A stretch of DNA of 64,000 nucleotides, taken from an uncultured virus (IMG/VR IMGVR_UViG_3300025314_001151) (taxonomy: Duplodnaviria > Heunggongvirae > Uroviricota > Caudoviricetes). Positions within the stretch are counted from its first letter, which is position 1; each line of letters begins with the position of its first letter. The notes beneath the pieces are model-generated. The model did not search any database, had not been told where the DNA came from, and was given only the letters and a program-made list of their open reading frames with translations. Both the position numbers and the translations under genes were made by a program. The DNA is taken from IMG/VR virus record IMGVR_UViG_3300025314_001151. The stretch is one strand, 5' to 3'. Positions 20,192 through 29,887 of the stretch are shown one piece after another.

Positions 20192-20767
20192 TTATATATT
20201 TATTCTATCAAAATTCTTATTCAATATTTTGATTCTATTTGTATGATATTTAAATATTCTATTGTCATATTGATGAAGCTCTTTCAGAGTATTATATATA
20301 CCAGTCTTCATGATAGATTTTGGGCTACTTAATATTTTTCTTATTTCTGCATCTTTTTCCAATAATGTATGTTCTTCTGTTTCGTAAGGACTTGAATCTT
20401 TTAGGCATTGAGATTTATCTGTTTTTCTCAAAAAACATACTATATTATTGAATCTTGCAGAGCCTACACATTCAATATTTTCTGAACATCCTGTTACTAT
20501 ATCAGTTATACTCATTGTTGCGGCGGTTCTTGGATGGGTATGATAATCTCCTATATGGGTTTGATTTTCTTTACACATTCCAGTCTTTATGGAGCATCTG
20601 GTGCCTGTGCATTCTGAACCTTTAATTATAACACTAGATTCTTTTTTAGGATCTATACATAATGCAAAACCGAGTTCTGTTTTTAGTTTTTTTGTTTCTT
20701 TGATTCTATCCTTCATATTGGATATGATATTGTCAGGAAGGATAAACGAATCTATCTGTTTTGGCAT
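20192..20767 (-). CDS. JAB/MPN+ domain metalloprotease-like protein (tandem paralog)
   Basis: ELGF...GDYHTHP...MSITD. Confidence 0.7.
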   Translation of the reverse strand: MPKQIDSFILPDNIISNMKDRIKETKKLKTELGFALCIDPKKESSVIIKGSECTGTRCSIKTGMCKENQTHIGDYHTHPRTAATMSITDIVTGCSENIECVGSARFNNIVCFLRKTDKSQCLKDSSPYETEEHTLLEKDAEIRKILSSPKSIMKTGIYNTLKELHQYDNRIFKYHTNRIKILNKNFDRINI

Positions 20768-20800
20768 AATATTATATTTAAATAAAATAGATCAAAATTT

Positions 20801-21016
20801 TCAGTCAAACATCATGACAGATGACGACGAAAAATTTAATGTATTGAATATTAAAGGTCCTATTGTTTCTTTCCCAATTTTTTTATCTAGTCTATTACCA
20901 AATGATTTCAAAAATTCTTTTTTCGTTAGAATTGCCATTATGAAATTATCATTTTCTTCATCATAATCAAAATTTATTGATACTATATCTGTTGGATCTA
21001 TTGTTCCAATTACCAT
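20801..21016 (-). CDS. Hypothetical protein
   Basis: ORF with GAGGT RBS just past the IS right end. Confidence 0.5.
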   Translation of the reverse strand: MVIGTIDPTDIVSINFDYDEENDNFIMAILTKKEFLKSFGNRLDKKIGKETIGPLIFNTLNFSSSSVMMFD

Positions 21017-21044
21017 ATAACTTACCTCGTGAACTACCCCCCGC

Positions 21045-22487
21045 CTAAAGGAGGGCTTCCTGTATCATTGTATCCCTATTGGGACTGCTCAAACAGGCTC
21101 CTTCTCCAGTTCCTGGAGTGATATTTAATTCTTTTATTCCTCTATTCTTTATATTTATTGCAGCATTGATATCTCTGTCTAATATCAATCCACATTTAGA
21201 ACATCTGAATGTCCTATCAGACAATTTCATATCTTCTAAATTACCACATACATGACATTCTTTCGATGTTCTCTTTGGATCAACAAATATCACTTTCTTA
21301 CCGGCCCATTCTGCCTTGTAATTAGTGAACATTTGTATCTGATACCACGATGCATCTGAGATTGATTTTGCAAGACGATGGTTCTTCACCATGTTCTGTA
21401 TGTTCAATTTCTCAAATGATATAACATCAAATTTGTCAACTAAGGTTCTTGATACCTCGTGACTGAAGTTTCTTCTTTGATTTGTTATCTTTCTATGAAT
21501 TTTTCTAACTTTGATTATTTGCTTTTCTCTATTCTTAGAGTTGACTTTTATTTTCTTCTTTTCAATTTCTTTATCTATCTTTTGACCTTGATTAATTTTC
21601 TTATTGATTTCAACTATCTTTTCATATTTCTTCTTTCTTGATAATCTTCTCTGATATTTTGCTAATTTCTTTTCAGATTCTCTTAGATATTCTGGAGATT
21701 CTATAATCTTTCCATTACTCAATGTTGTTAATTTCTCTAGTCCTACATCAATACCAACAATTTTATCTTGATTTACTTCTTTTGGTATTGTTGGAATATT
21801 GATTTCTGTGAAAGTTTCGACAGTAAACATTACGAACCATTTATCAATTTCTTTCTTTATAGCGACAGTCTTTATTAGATATGGATTGGGATTGAAATTT
21901 CTATGTTTGATAAATTTAATATCTCCAATTTTGGAGAGTCTAACAACATCTATTTTCTTATTCTTAGATTTTATTCCATCTTTAGATGCGTTTACTTCTT
22001 TGATACTTCTACTATCACATCCATTTCCATATTGAGGAAATGTAAAACTGTCATATCTTCCATATCCTTTGAATCTAGGAAATCCTGGTTTTTCTTTCTT
22101 TCCATTACTTCCTTTTTTACTGTTCTTTACTCTCCTAAAGAAATTCTGATAAGATATATCTACTCTTTTTATGACATTCTGTAAAATCTGAGCATATACT
22201 TCTCTAAGTTCTTTCCCAAATTCATCGTTTTTGTTTCTTAGTGTTGGTAAATAATTCTGTTGATCATTATATTGAATGTTCCAACCGTCATTCTCATATC
22301 CGTCTTTTCTTTCAGATAAAATATTATTGTACAAATGTCTGCATGTATTTAATGTCTGATTCAACTTAACTTCTTGATTCTTAGTAGGTTTCATCTCATA
22401 TTTGTAAGATTTGGTGATCGGAATCCATTTAGATGTTGATACTATTTCTTCTTTAGGAATTAGTTGAATCATGATTACCATCCACAT
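21045..22487 (-). CDS. tnpB: TnpB RNA-guided endonuclease
   Basis: GIDVG / FEKL / DRDINAA RuvC triad, zinc ribbon; start probably MIQLIP. Confidence 0.95.
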   Translation of the reverse strand: MWMVIMIQLIPKEEIVSTSKWIPITKSYKYEMKPTKNQEVKLNQTLNTCRHLYNNILSERKDGYENDGWNIQYNDQQNYLPTLRNKNDEFGKELREVYAQILQNVIKRVDISYQNFFRRVKNSKKGSNGKKEKPGFPRFKGYGRYDSFTFPQYGNGCDSRSIKEVNASKDGIKSKNKKIDVVRLSKIGDIKFIKHRNFNPNPYLIKTVAIKKEIDKWFVMFTVETFTEINIPTIPKEVNQDKIVGIDVGLEKLTTLSNGKIIESPEYLRESEKKLAKYQRRLSRKKKYEKIVEINKKINQGQKIDKEIEKKKIKVNSKNREKQIIKVRKIHRKITNQRRNFSHEVSRTLVDKFDVISFEKLNIQNMVKNHRLAKSISDASWYQIQMFTNYKAEWAGKKVIFVDPKRTSKECHVCGNLEDMKLSDRTFRCSKCGLILDRDINAAINIKNRGIKELNITPGTGEGACLSSPNRDTMIQEALL

Positions 22488-22705
22488 AATTTACAAGACT
22501 CTTTTCTTGTGTTGTTATCTATGTCGTCTCCTTGAGATTCGACATATCTTTTCAATACATCTAAAGTAATCTGTCCTGTTGTCAATAGACAATATGATGT
22601 CGACCATAAATGCCTCTTCTATAACTTCATCTTAATCTCTGGATATTCTTCAAATAATATCTTGGAACTGACAACTTTTATGGAATTGATGATGGTAGGT
22701 TTTGT
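22475..22705 (-). pseudogene. tnpA: 3' remnant of IS200-type transposase
   Basis: ...HLWSTSYCLLTTGQITLDVLKRYVESQG, with an upstream in-frame stop and no N-terminus. Confidence 0.75.
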
Positions 22706-22750
22706 CTTAAATAATATATGGCGCGGACATCTTACTATGTTATAATTTTT

Positions 22751-25642
22751 TTATCTAGCAGAAACATTTTTCATTCTTTTGACACACTTGCCATTTATCC
22801 ATTCACAGCCAGCTTTTAGACAATCCTTTTTATATTTATAGTCTTTACATTCTTTGGGTAGTAGTGCGCCTATTAAAAATCCTCCTAAAAGTATCTTTCC
22901 TATATCTCCAGGCCCTGCTTGTACAATAGGTATCACAGTTACTATCGCACTTCCGACAAGAGGTGCGCTTGTTGCAGTCACCGTCGAGATACCTTCAGAT
23001 ATTCCAGTAAATAATCCTGTACCTGATATAGTTCCTACTGTATGATCTGTTGTATCCCATGTTAGTATAGGACAAATCATCTCGTCATCATTTTGGTCTT
23101 TACATGTTGCTACAAATTGTTGTATACCTCCTATGATGACATCTGCAGTTGGAGGAGATACTACTATTGATGTTAATGTTGGAGGAATAGTTTCTAATAT
23201 TACATTAGATACTACATAATATTCGCATGTATAAGTCGGTCCTTTTCCCCATGTAACCAAGGATAAAGTATCTCCGGCATCTAATATTATATTTAGAGTG
23301 TCTTCGTAATGAAATGTTTCTCCACTATTAAGACCTGTGTCATGTAATTCTCCTATTGGCTCTGTATTCTTAAATATCTGTGTATATACACCTGCCCATG
23401 CATATCCAGGATTTACGTCCCAGGAATATCTTATTTGTCCTTCGTAATATATTCCTGGCATAGTTATTGAATGAACAACGTTTGGAGATGCGCATGACGA
23501 AGTGCTTACCATGTCTGGAGATTCGTAATGAAATTCATATATTCTTTGGGCAGGTGTATATATGTTATCTATATAATTATGTGTAGGTGTTCCTTGTATG
23601 AATGAGACATCTTCTCCAATATATTTCGAAAATGTTTCCAAAGTATAATTTCTATCTTTGCCTACTCTCCAGGAATGTGGTCCTATAGATAGATCCGTTA
23701 TTGTTGTGCCATATCCTACTATTGTTCCATCAATAGATATTTCTGCTGGACATTGAGAAAGTTGAAGAGAAGATGATGGACAATCTGATATTGTAGTACA
23801 ATATGATTGGAATGTCATTGATCTCGTCGGTCTAGGAATATTTCCCACATTATCTAGGTAAGCTTCGGCAGGACCTCCAATATAGACTACTTTCATACCA
23901 TTAAGATATGCAATTAATCTAATAGTTCTTCCTATATATGGACTTACATCTACCTCAAAATTTCCCCAATATTCGCTTTCACTCCCATATCCACAATAGT
24001 TTGCAATTATTGTCTGCTCTGGGGTATCAGGATCTAATAAGACTCTCCATCCCATGTCACAATAGTTATTCAGTGATACTACACGGCTATAAGTAAATAC
24101 TAGACTGTCTTCTGTCGCAATAAAATCTTGCGATATCGATATAGGTATGTTATTTGTTATCAGATGAGCTCTTCCATTTACCCATTCTATATATCCTTCG
24201 GCGAAATTTGTAGATGTTATTGTCCATCCACTTAAATCTGTATTAAATGTACCATTTATTACTCCAGTTATTTGTTGTAGTGAATCTGATATCTCTTTTA
24301 CCGTGTCTACAATTGATCTAAAACTTCCAGTAAGAGAATAATAACCATCTAAACGAATTTCATAGTTATGATATCCAGTTGATATATCATTTATTATGGA
24401 TGGAGTTAAATTTCCTGTGTCTACTCCGCCTAAAATTATTTTTGCACCGTTTGGAGTGACATTGAAGTTTATGCTCCCAGTCTCGTGAATAAGATTTTTA
24501 TCTATCAATATGCCTTTATCTGGAACAAAATTTAAATCATCTGTTTCTATTCTATAATCTTTAAGATATAATGAATATGTATGATAACTATCTATCTCGT
24601 ATTCACAAAATGTTTTTGGTGTAATTTCTCCTGTATAGGTATTATCTATACATATCTTTGCTCCAGGAGGATTTGATATGAATGTTATACATCCTGTAAA
24701 TACGCCAGTCATATATGAAACTATGCATTTGGTTACATTAACAGTGTCTACATAATCAGGATATCCTGTTAATTTAAGAGTAATTGTGTGCTGACCTTCA
24801 GATCCTGCATATACTATAATAGGTGTATCTATGGTGGTTTGACCTGTCGAAATATTGTCCAGATATATTTCTGCGCCAGGAGGATAACTTGTTACAGATA
24901 TACCAAACGCATCAATCGATGTTTGAACATCGTCGATTCTTAATTCGTCACCATTGCACCAGAAGGAAATTTTTACAGTTTTGCCAATATATTGACTTGT
25001 ATCTATTGATTCTATACCAGAAGACCATTCTTGAATTGTTCTTTGCAGTGCCAATACATTATCTACATATATGTCATATCCATTAATTACTGAACCATTG
25101 TCCCAATAAAATGATAGGAGACATTGATTGATTATAAAAGTTTGTTCTAATTTTCCTCCAGAATATATTCCAGCAATAGGCTGATTTAATCTTTCTTCTA
25201 TTGTAACATTTCCAGTTGTCTCCCATCCTTCAAGACCAAGATTAAAATTACCATTATATACTCCTGTAGTATGGGATATTATTACATTATCTATCCATCC
25301 CTGTTTGTTGTAAATTTCATGAAATAATATCTTTGCATTTCTTCCAATATAATTTCCAAGATATATCGTACTTGTACCCTGCAGAGGGTTGTTATAATTT
25401 CCTGGAAGCATTTTGCTTAATTTGAGTATATCGTCGATATAAAGTTGGTACTCTAGACCAGCAGCGCTTGGACTATATCCTATAGTTTCCCAATCAAATT
25501 GTAATAGATTATCTGAAACCGTAAACGTCTGATAGATAGTACCTCCACTGGTAAAGTATACTCTACCATTATCCCATGATGCTGCACCAGTAGCATTCCA
25601 TCCATTTAGGTCTGTATTAAATGTTCCATTAATTATTGACAT
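22751..25642 (-). CDS. Large surface/virion protein: three CBM-like NG.FN..L.GW repeats, PEGA repeats, Big_2 domain, C-terminal TM and Cys-rich tail
   Basis: Motifs visible; start placed at MSIINGTF because the upstream extension is a tandem repeat. Confidence 0.75.
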   Translation of the reverse strand: MSIINGTFNTDLNGWNATGAASWDNGRVYFTSGGTIYQTFTVSDNLLQFDWETIGYSPSAAGLEYQLYIDDILKLSKMLPGNYNNPLQGTSTIYLGNYIGRNAKILFHEIYNKQGWIDNVIISHTTGVYNGNFNLGLEGWETTGNVTIEERLNQPIAGIYSGGKLEQTFIINQCLLSFYWDNGSVINGYDIYVDNVLALQRTIQEWSSGIESIDTSQYIGKTVKISFWCNGDELRIDDVQTSIDAFGISVTSYPPGAEIYLDNISTGQTTIDTPIIVYAGSEGQHTITLKLTGYPDYVDTVNVTKCIVSYMTGVFTGCITFISNPPGAKICIDNTYTGEITPKTFCEYEIDSYHTYSLYLKDYRIETDDLNFVPDKGILIDKNLIHETGSINFNVTPNGAKIILGGVDTGNLTPSIINDISTGYHNYEIRLDGYYSLTGSFRSIVDTVKEISDSLQQITGVINGTFNTDLSGWTITSTNFAEGYIEWVNGRAHLITNNIPISISQDFIATEDSLVFTYSRVVSLNNYCDMGWRVLLDPDTPEQTIIANYCGYGSESEYWGNFEVDVSPYIGRTIRLIAYLNGMKVVYIGGPAEAYLDNVGNIPRPTRSMTFQSYCTTISDCPSSSLQLSQCPAEISIDGTIVGYGTTITDLSIGPHSWRVGKDRNYTLETFSKYIGEDVSFIQGTPTHNYIDNIYTPAQRIYEFHYESPDMVSTSSCASPNVVHSITMPGIYYEGQIRYSWDVNPGYAWAGVYTQIFKNTEPIGELHDTGLNSGETFHYEDTLNIILDAGDTLSLVTWGKGPTYTCEYYVVSNVILETIPPTLTSIVVSPPTADVIIGGIQQFVATCKDQNDDEMICPILTWDTTDHTVGTISGTGLFTGISEGISTVTATSAPLVGSAIVTVIPIVQAGPGDIGKILLGGFLIGALLPKECKDYKYKKDCLKAGCEWINGKCVKRMKNVSAR

Positions 25643-25659
25643 GTTATGGTTTCTCTTAT

Positions 25660-25745
25660 ATTCTTTGTTACCAAAATCTTTTTCTATATTTTGGCTAATA
25701 AAATCTTTTTCTATATTATGGCTAATAAAATCTTTTTCTATATTT
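25660..25745. repeat. Tandem repeat, 27-nt unit x3 (NIEKDFISx frame)
   Basis: AAAATCTTTTTCTATATT core repeated three times. Confidence 0.85.
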
Positions 25746-26081
25746 GCATTCACAATCCTGGATAAATACTCTTATTGCATCGTTTGTCTTTCTTATGGCA
25801 TCATTAAATCTTTTGTATGATTGTGATCCTGGTTCAATAGGTACAAGCTCTGTATACTTTCTGTGAATTCCACCTATAGTACCAAAATTCTCAAGAAATG
25901 TCTCTGTCATGTCACAACGATGTGCACTTCTTCTGACAAATGTAGCAAGTTCTTCTAAATTAGAAATTTCTCTTTGTACATCTTCATCCTTATCTATATT
26001 ATATGATGTGCCTAATTCTCTTTCATATATCCTTCTCGATCCTGGCCTTTTTGTGAAGATACTACCTGTATATATGCTCAT
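25722..26081 (-). CDS. C[DN]x...CxC family protein
   Basis: AHRCDM...FIQDCEC. Confidence 0.65.
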   Translation of the reverse strand: MSIYTGSIFTKRPGSRRIYERELGTSYNIDKDEDVQREISNLEELATFVRRSAHRCDMTETFLENFGTIGGIHRKYTELVPIEPGSQSYKRFNDAIRKTNDAIRVFIQDCECKYRKRFY

Positions 26082-26284
26082 AGAGATCTATTTTTTGCCA
26101 ATTCTCTTATGCATTGATGCAATTCATTTCTAGTTGTTTGCACATCTCTTCCAAGTTCTGATATATGTTCCTGCCTAATTCCATGTTCAGCTTTTTCATG
26201 ATTTGCGAATTCAAAACTTATCTTAGCACTTATGAAATTTTCTATTTCATCTATACATGATCCTGTTGCCATATTATTTATCAC
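26078..26284 (-). CDS. Small helical hypothetical protein
   Basis: ORF with GGTGA RBS; stop overlaps next start. Confidence 0.55.
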   Translation of the reverse strand: MINNMATGSCIDEIENFISAKISFEFANHEKAEHGIRQEHISELGRDVQTTRNELHQCIRELAKNRSL

Positions 26285-26352
26285 CTTTATTTCATATTAT
26301 GATAAGTATTGTTGTTTTAGTCGAACTAGAGCCGGAGGTTCACCATCTTATA

Positions 26353-27123
26353 TCATTCATATATCGTTGCGTTCTCATTGCCCAATACTTGACGATGTAT
26401 CTTATTCCAGAGCAAAGGTAAGGCCACATATTTGACTCTCTTATATTTTCTTATGTATGAGTCCTCATGTTCTGACATTATTTTCTCAGCTTCTTTGACA
26501 GTTTTGCCCATGAGAAGTTCCTTAAACATGACCAGTTGTACCTCACCAAACATATCTTGCGAGTTCATCGAGTCAACTGGAAACATTAACAAATCGTCTT
26601 CACCCACGTAGCTCAGGACCCCATAATTGATCGCACATTTCCCCAACTGACTAGCTGAATGACATGCTACGGCAAGTATAATCGAACCTCTTAATAAATC
26701 GACATTTGTTGGATGCATACAGAATGGTGCGCATGGATCATTGTCCAGTGAACATATACCAGGACATGATAATTTTCCAATTGGATTTAGAAGCTTGAGT
26801 AATCTTTGTCTTTCTTCCAAATATGGACTTTCTGCCATGCAGATTAATTCGTCAATATTATACTTTCTTACAACCTCGCATTCTCTATCTCCCTGCAGAC
26901 TCGAACCGCAGCCGTGACCAAAATGAGTATATAAGCGAGGTTTATATTTTTTAATTGCTTCGGTCGTATTATCGTACGTATTGTCTACACCTTTTATAGT
27001 AATGACGTTGTATCCAAGATCTTTTGCCATTTTTTCGGCTTTCAGACCCCATAAAAAGGTATATTCAGTCGGATCTCCCTTTTTAACTGGCATTGTGATA
27101 AGTACTGTTTCTGGTTTTCTCAT
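26353..27123 (-). CDS. Clan CD (caspase/gingipain/CHAT-like) cysteine protease-like protein
   Basis: YTHFGHG His motif and ILAVACHS Cys motif. Confidence 0.6.
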   Translation of the reverse strand: MRKPETVLITMPVKKGDPTEYTFLWGLKAEKMAKDLGYNVITIKGVDNTYDNTTEAIKKYKPRLYTHFGHGCGSSLQGDRECEVVRKYNIDELICMAESPYLEERQRLLKLLNPIGKLSCPGICSLDNDPCAPFCMHPTNVDLLRGSIILAVACHSASQLGKCAINYGVLSYVGEDDLLMFPVDSMNSQDMFGEVQLVMFKELLMGKTVKEAEKIMSEHEDSYIRKYKRVKYVALPLLWNKIHRQVLGNENATIYE

Positions 27124-27155
27124 TTAAATATCATCTCATATTTAATTATTATTTA

Positions 27156-28304
27156 TCATAGCTTGTTTTGATAGTTTTGATTGTCCAATATATCTGTGAT
27201 TTCAAATTTCTTAAATTCTGACAAATGATCTTGACGATTGGCTATTTTGATAGCAACTCTTCTACAAAATTCTACATTTCTAACTATGTCATCTTTATGT
27301 ATGAGCCATAAGTGCTGAGCAACATTGTCAATGATGCCAAGCGCAATTGGCATAAAATAGTCTGGCATATTATTATGATCTATACGATATTTCCAATAGT
27401 CGCCAATAAAATGTGCAGTCTTTATGTCTATCTTATATTCTTTGCCTATTTCTAATTTAAATTGGGGATATTTATTAATAAATTCCTGTTTAGGATTTTT
27501 ACAAACATACTCAAATCCAGGATTGTTATTTTTCTTTTTGTCAACTTCTTCAAAAATTTTATTTAAGACAGGTTTTGCTATTTTATCTTCTCCTATACAT
27601 ACACCAATATGAGATTCACAACCTTCATATTCTGACATTGGAACAGTTTTCCCACTTTCCCATCTTTGATGATTTTTTCGATCAGTACTGTCTTTGAATC
27701 CAGTTTTTCTTGCCTGTATATCTCTATATTCTTTGGTTTTCCTAAATTCTCTTCTCTCCTCCATTTCATCTTGATATTCTTTAGTTTTTTTCTTATCCCA
27801 ACCATAACGATTGTTTTCATTATTATATCCTAATAAACGAGCATTATAGTCTTCTCTATCTTGTCTATTCTTAAATCCTGCATCTTGAGCTTTTTTATCC
27901 CTATATTCCTTATCAGTCTTGCACCCAGAATTTAGCCAATTACCTGGTAATTTATATCTATTTTCCCAAGCCCAATTTGCAAACTCTCTTCCATAATTTT
28001 CTACTAATTCGTAAAACCATCCTGGAGATCCATAATTGTTATGATATTTGCCATGATTCAACCAATAGTTGTTACAAATTTTACATATCCAATAACCAGT
28101 GAATTTACCTTGTTTATCTTTTTCTCGATAACGAGACCCAACTTCAATCTTTATTTTTTTACAATTATGACAAATTTCATTATCTAAACTTTTTTGTCTT
28201 TTTTGTCTTTTATACTCGTTCCACTTGTTTAAATCATCAAACCCATCTTTTCTCGCTTTATCTTTGATCCATCCAAGCGTACCTTTTTCATTATTTTCTT
28301 TCAT
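27156..28304 (-). CDS. Zn-finger + PD-(D/E)xK-like putative free-standing endonuclease
   Basis: CHNC...CKIC; GED...PGFEY..KIDIKTA; start set at MKENN following a GGTGAG RBS. Confidence 0.6.
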   Translation of the reverse strand: MKENNEKGTLGWIKDKARKDGFDDLNKWNEYKRQKRQKSLDNEICHNCKKIKIEVGSRYREKDKQGKFTGYWICKICNNYWLNHGKYHNNYGSPGWFYELVENYGREFANWAWENRYKLPGNWLNSGCKTDKEYRDKKAQDAGFKNRQDREDYNARLLGYNNENNRYGWDKKKTKEYQDEMEERREFRKTKEYRDIQARKTGFKDSTDRKNHQRWESGKTVPMSEYEGCESHIGVCIGEDKIAKPVLNKIFEEVDKKKNNNPGFEYVCKNPKQEFINKYPQFKLEIGKEYKIDIKTAHFIGDYWKYRIDHNNMPDYFMPIALGIIDNVAQHLWLIHKDDIVRNVEFCRRVAIKIANRQDHLSEFKKFEITDILDNQNYQNKL

Positions 28305-28420
28305 ATTTCTCACCGTTATATATTCTGATACATTCACCATTTTTATGGTATTAGTCCTGGATCTGGCCAGATCCAGGGCCTAAACGGTGAGTATACCATC
28401 TTATTCTATTGAATAAGTAT
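28305..28420 (-). promoter_or_regulatory. Conserved structured 5' leader, copy A
   Basis: Homologous to 42559..42673; hairpins plus anti-RBS CTCACCGTT complementary to AACGGTGAG. Confidence 0.65.
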
Positions 28421-28442
28421 AATTTCTTATCTGATCACATCG

Positions 28443-28730
28443 TTATTTCTCCAGTCTCTTAATACATCTGCATTTTTCAAGACGTTCAACGTGACCAGAA
28501 AATTGATTTTCTAATCTATTAATTTCTTGTTTCTGTTCATCTGTAATCCTTTTATCAACATGAAATAAATAATCAATATCTGCACCTATACTCTCTGCAA
28601 GAATGTTTGTCTCATAGATGTTGCATTTATTTACATTCTCTTCATATTTTGCAATATCTTTTCTTAATTTTACCAGCCGCTTTGTATGTGCATCTTGGAG
28701 AATTCTTTCCATATTAGGTCTTTCTATCAT
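28443..28730 (-). CDS. C[DN]x...CxC family protein
   Basis: VNKCNI...LEKCRC. Confidence 0.65.
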   Translation of the reverse strand: MIERPNMERILQDAHTKRLVKLRKDIAKYEENVNKCNIYETNILAESIGADIDYLFHVDKRITDEQKQEINRLENQFSGHVERLEKCRCIKRLEK

Positions 28731-28772
28731 TATTACCTCTTAATAATATATTCTATGGTTTTCTTTTTATGC

Positions 28773-29003
28773 TTATTGACTTGCTAATGTATAATAGATA
28801 TCTGTCATTTGTAATTGGACTGACATCTGTATAGTCTTCGAGATATTGTTCAATATTCTTGCTTGATCAATTTGTTCCAATATATTCTTGTATGCATCAG
28901 GATGTATTTTTTGCAAGTCTCCTATTTCAGATAAAATATCGTCAAGTTCTGTATCAATCAAATTTCTAATAGGCCTTTCAGATCCAAGATCTTCAGTAAC
29001 CAA
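28773..29003 (-). CDS. Hypothetical protein
   Basis: ORF track; start uncertain. Confidence 0.45.
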   Translation of the reverse strand: MVTEDLGSERPIRNLIDTELDDILSEIGDLQKIHPDAYKNILEQIDQARILNNISKTIQMSVQLQMTDIYYTLASQ

Positions 29004-29131
29004 ACCTGATTCTATTCTAACATTGGTTTAAAATTGATGACAAATTTATTTTCTATCAAATCAGCATCTATATCTACCATATATTTCTCCATATATGAAT
29101 ATATTTGAAAAACTACATATCATTACTGAAT

Positions 29132-29347
29132 CTAGCATGTGCAGGCTATTTTTAAATGTCCAGGCAATGGTTCTGTTCCAAGTATCTCTTTCTCGTATAT
29201 ATTCCACACAGCGGTATATCTCTTGGGATCTTTAAAATATTCAAGTAGTTCGTCAGTACTTGCTATCTCTTCTGATTGGACTAAGAACTCTGCAAGTTCC
29301 ATTACTTTTGTTTCGTATCTATACCATTCATGGTGCATATGGGGCAT
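29132..29347 (-). CDS. Small hypothetical protein ending CTC
   Basis: ORF track. Confidence 0.55.
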   Translation of the reverse strand: MPHMHHEWYRYETKVMELAEFLVQSEEIASTDELLEYFKDPKRYTAVWNIYEKEILGTEPLPGHLKIACTC

Positions 29348-29362
29348 ATATTATCAGCCTCT

Positions 29363-29656
29363 TTATTTATATTTATTTTTACATTTACATCTTCTAGCAA
29401 ATTCAGCAACTCCTTCATCTGCAAGATCGATATTTTCTTTAGCATGTCTTAATATCTCTTTGACATCTGGATTTCCAGGATAGATATTGCCTAATAATCC
29501 TGATATAGCTCGACCACCGTGAACATTTGCGACAGAAATACTTAGGCTTGTGATATCACATTTTGGTATGGAATCTTCAAATATTTTCATTGCACTTTTC
29601 TCACCATTAGACACCATGTCAAGAGTAATCATTTTTATTGCATGAAAATCTAACAT
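29363..29656 (-). CDS. C[DN]x...CxC family protein
   Basis: IPKCDI...FARRCKC. Confidence 0.65.
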   Translation of the reverse strand: MLDFHAIKMITLDMVSNGEKSAMKIFEDSIPKCDITSLSISVANVHGGRAISGLLGNIYPGNPDVKEILRHAKENIDLADEGVAEFARRCKCKNKYK

Positions 29657-29672
29657 ATTATCACTTCATTCA

Positions 29673-29745
29673 ATTATCATACATTAATAAAAATTTATTA
29701 ATAACAATCATCATACATTAATAAAAATTTATTAATAACAATCAT
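29673..29745. repeat. Tandem repeat, ~34-nt unit x2
   Basis: ATCATACATTAATAAAAATTTATTAATAACAATC repeated. Confidence 0.8.
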
Positions 29746-29887
29746 GGAGGTATGAAAGGAATTATTAATGCAATTATCAGAATAATATCAAGATTATTCA
29801 ATTTATTGGCTCTTTGATTTGATACTGTAGACTGTTTTGTACTTTTTAATTGCGGAGAAATTCTTGATTTTGATTTGATTGTCATAA

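Larger units (their letters stand above)
21029..22741 (-). mobile_element. Second IS200/IS605-family element (deleted tnpA + tnpB)
   Basis: Left end AACATAGTAAGATGTCCGCGCC matches element 1 but half the hairpin is lost; right end ...GGGGTAGTTCAC; TTAT 5' of the left end. Confidence 0.8.

Noticed and set aside
25643..25753. N-terminal extension of the 1000-aa ORF
   Set aside because: Consists of a tandem repeat overlapping the upstream gene; the domain starts at MSIINGTF
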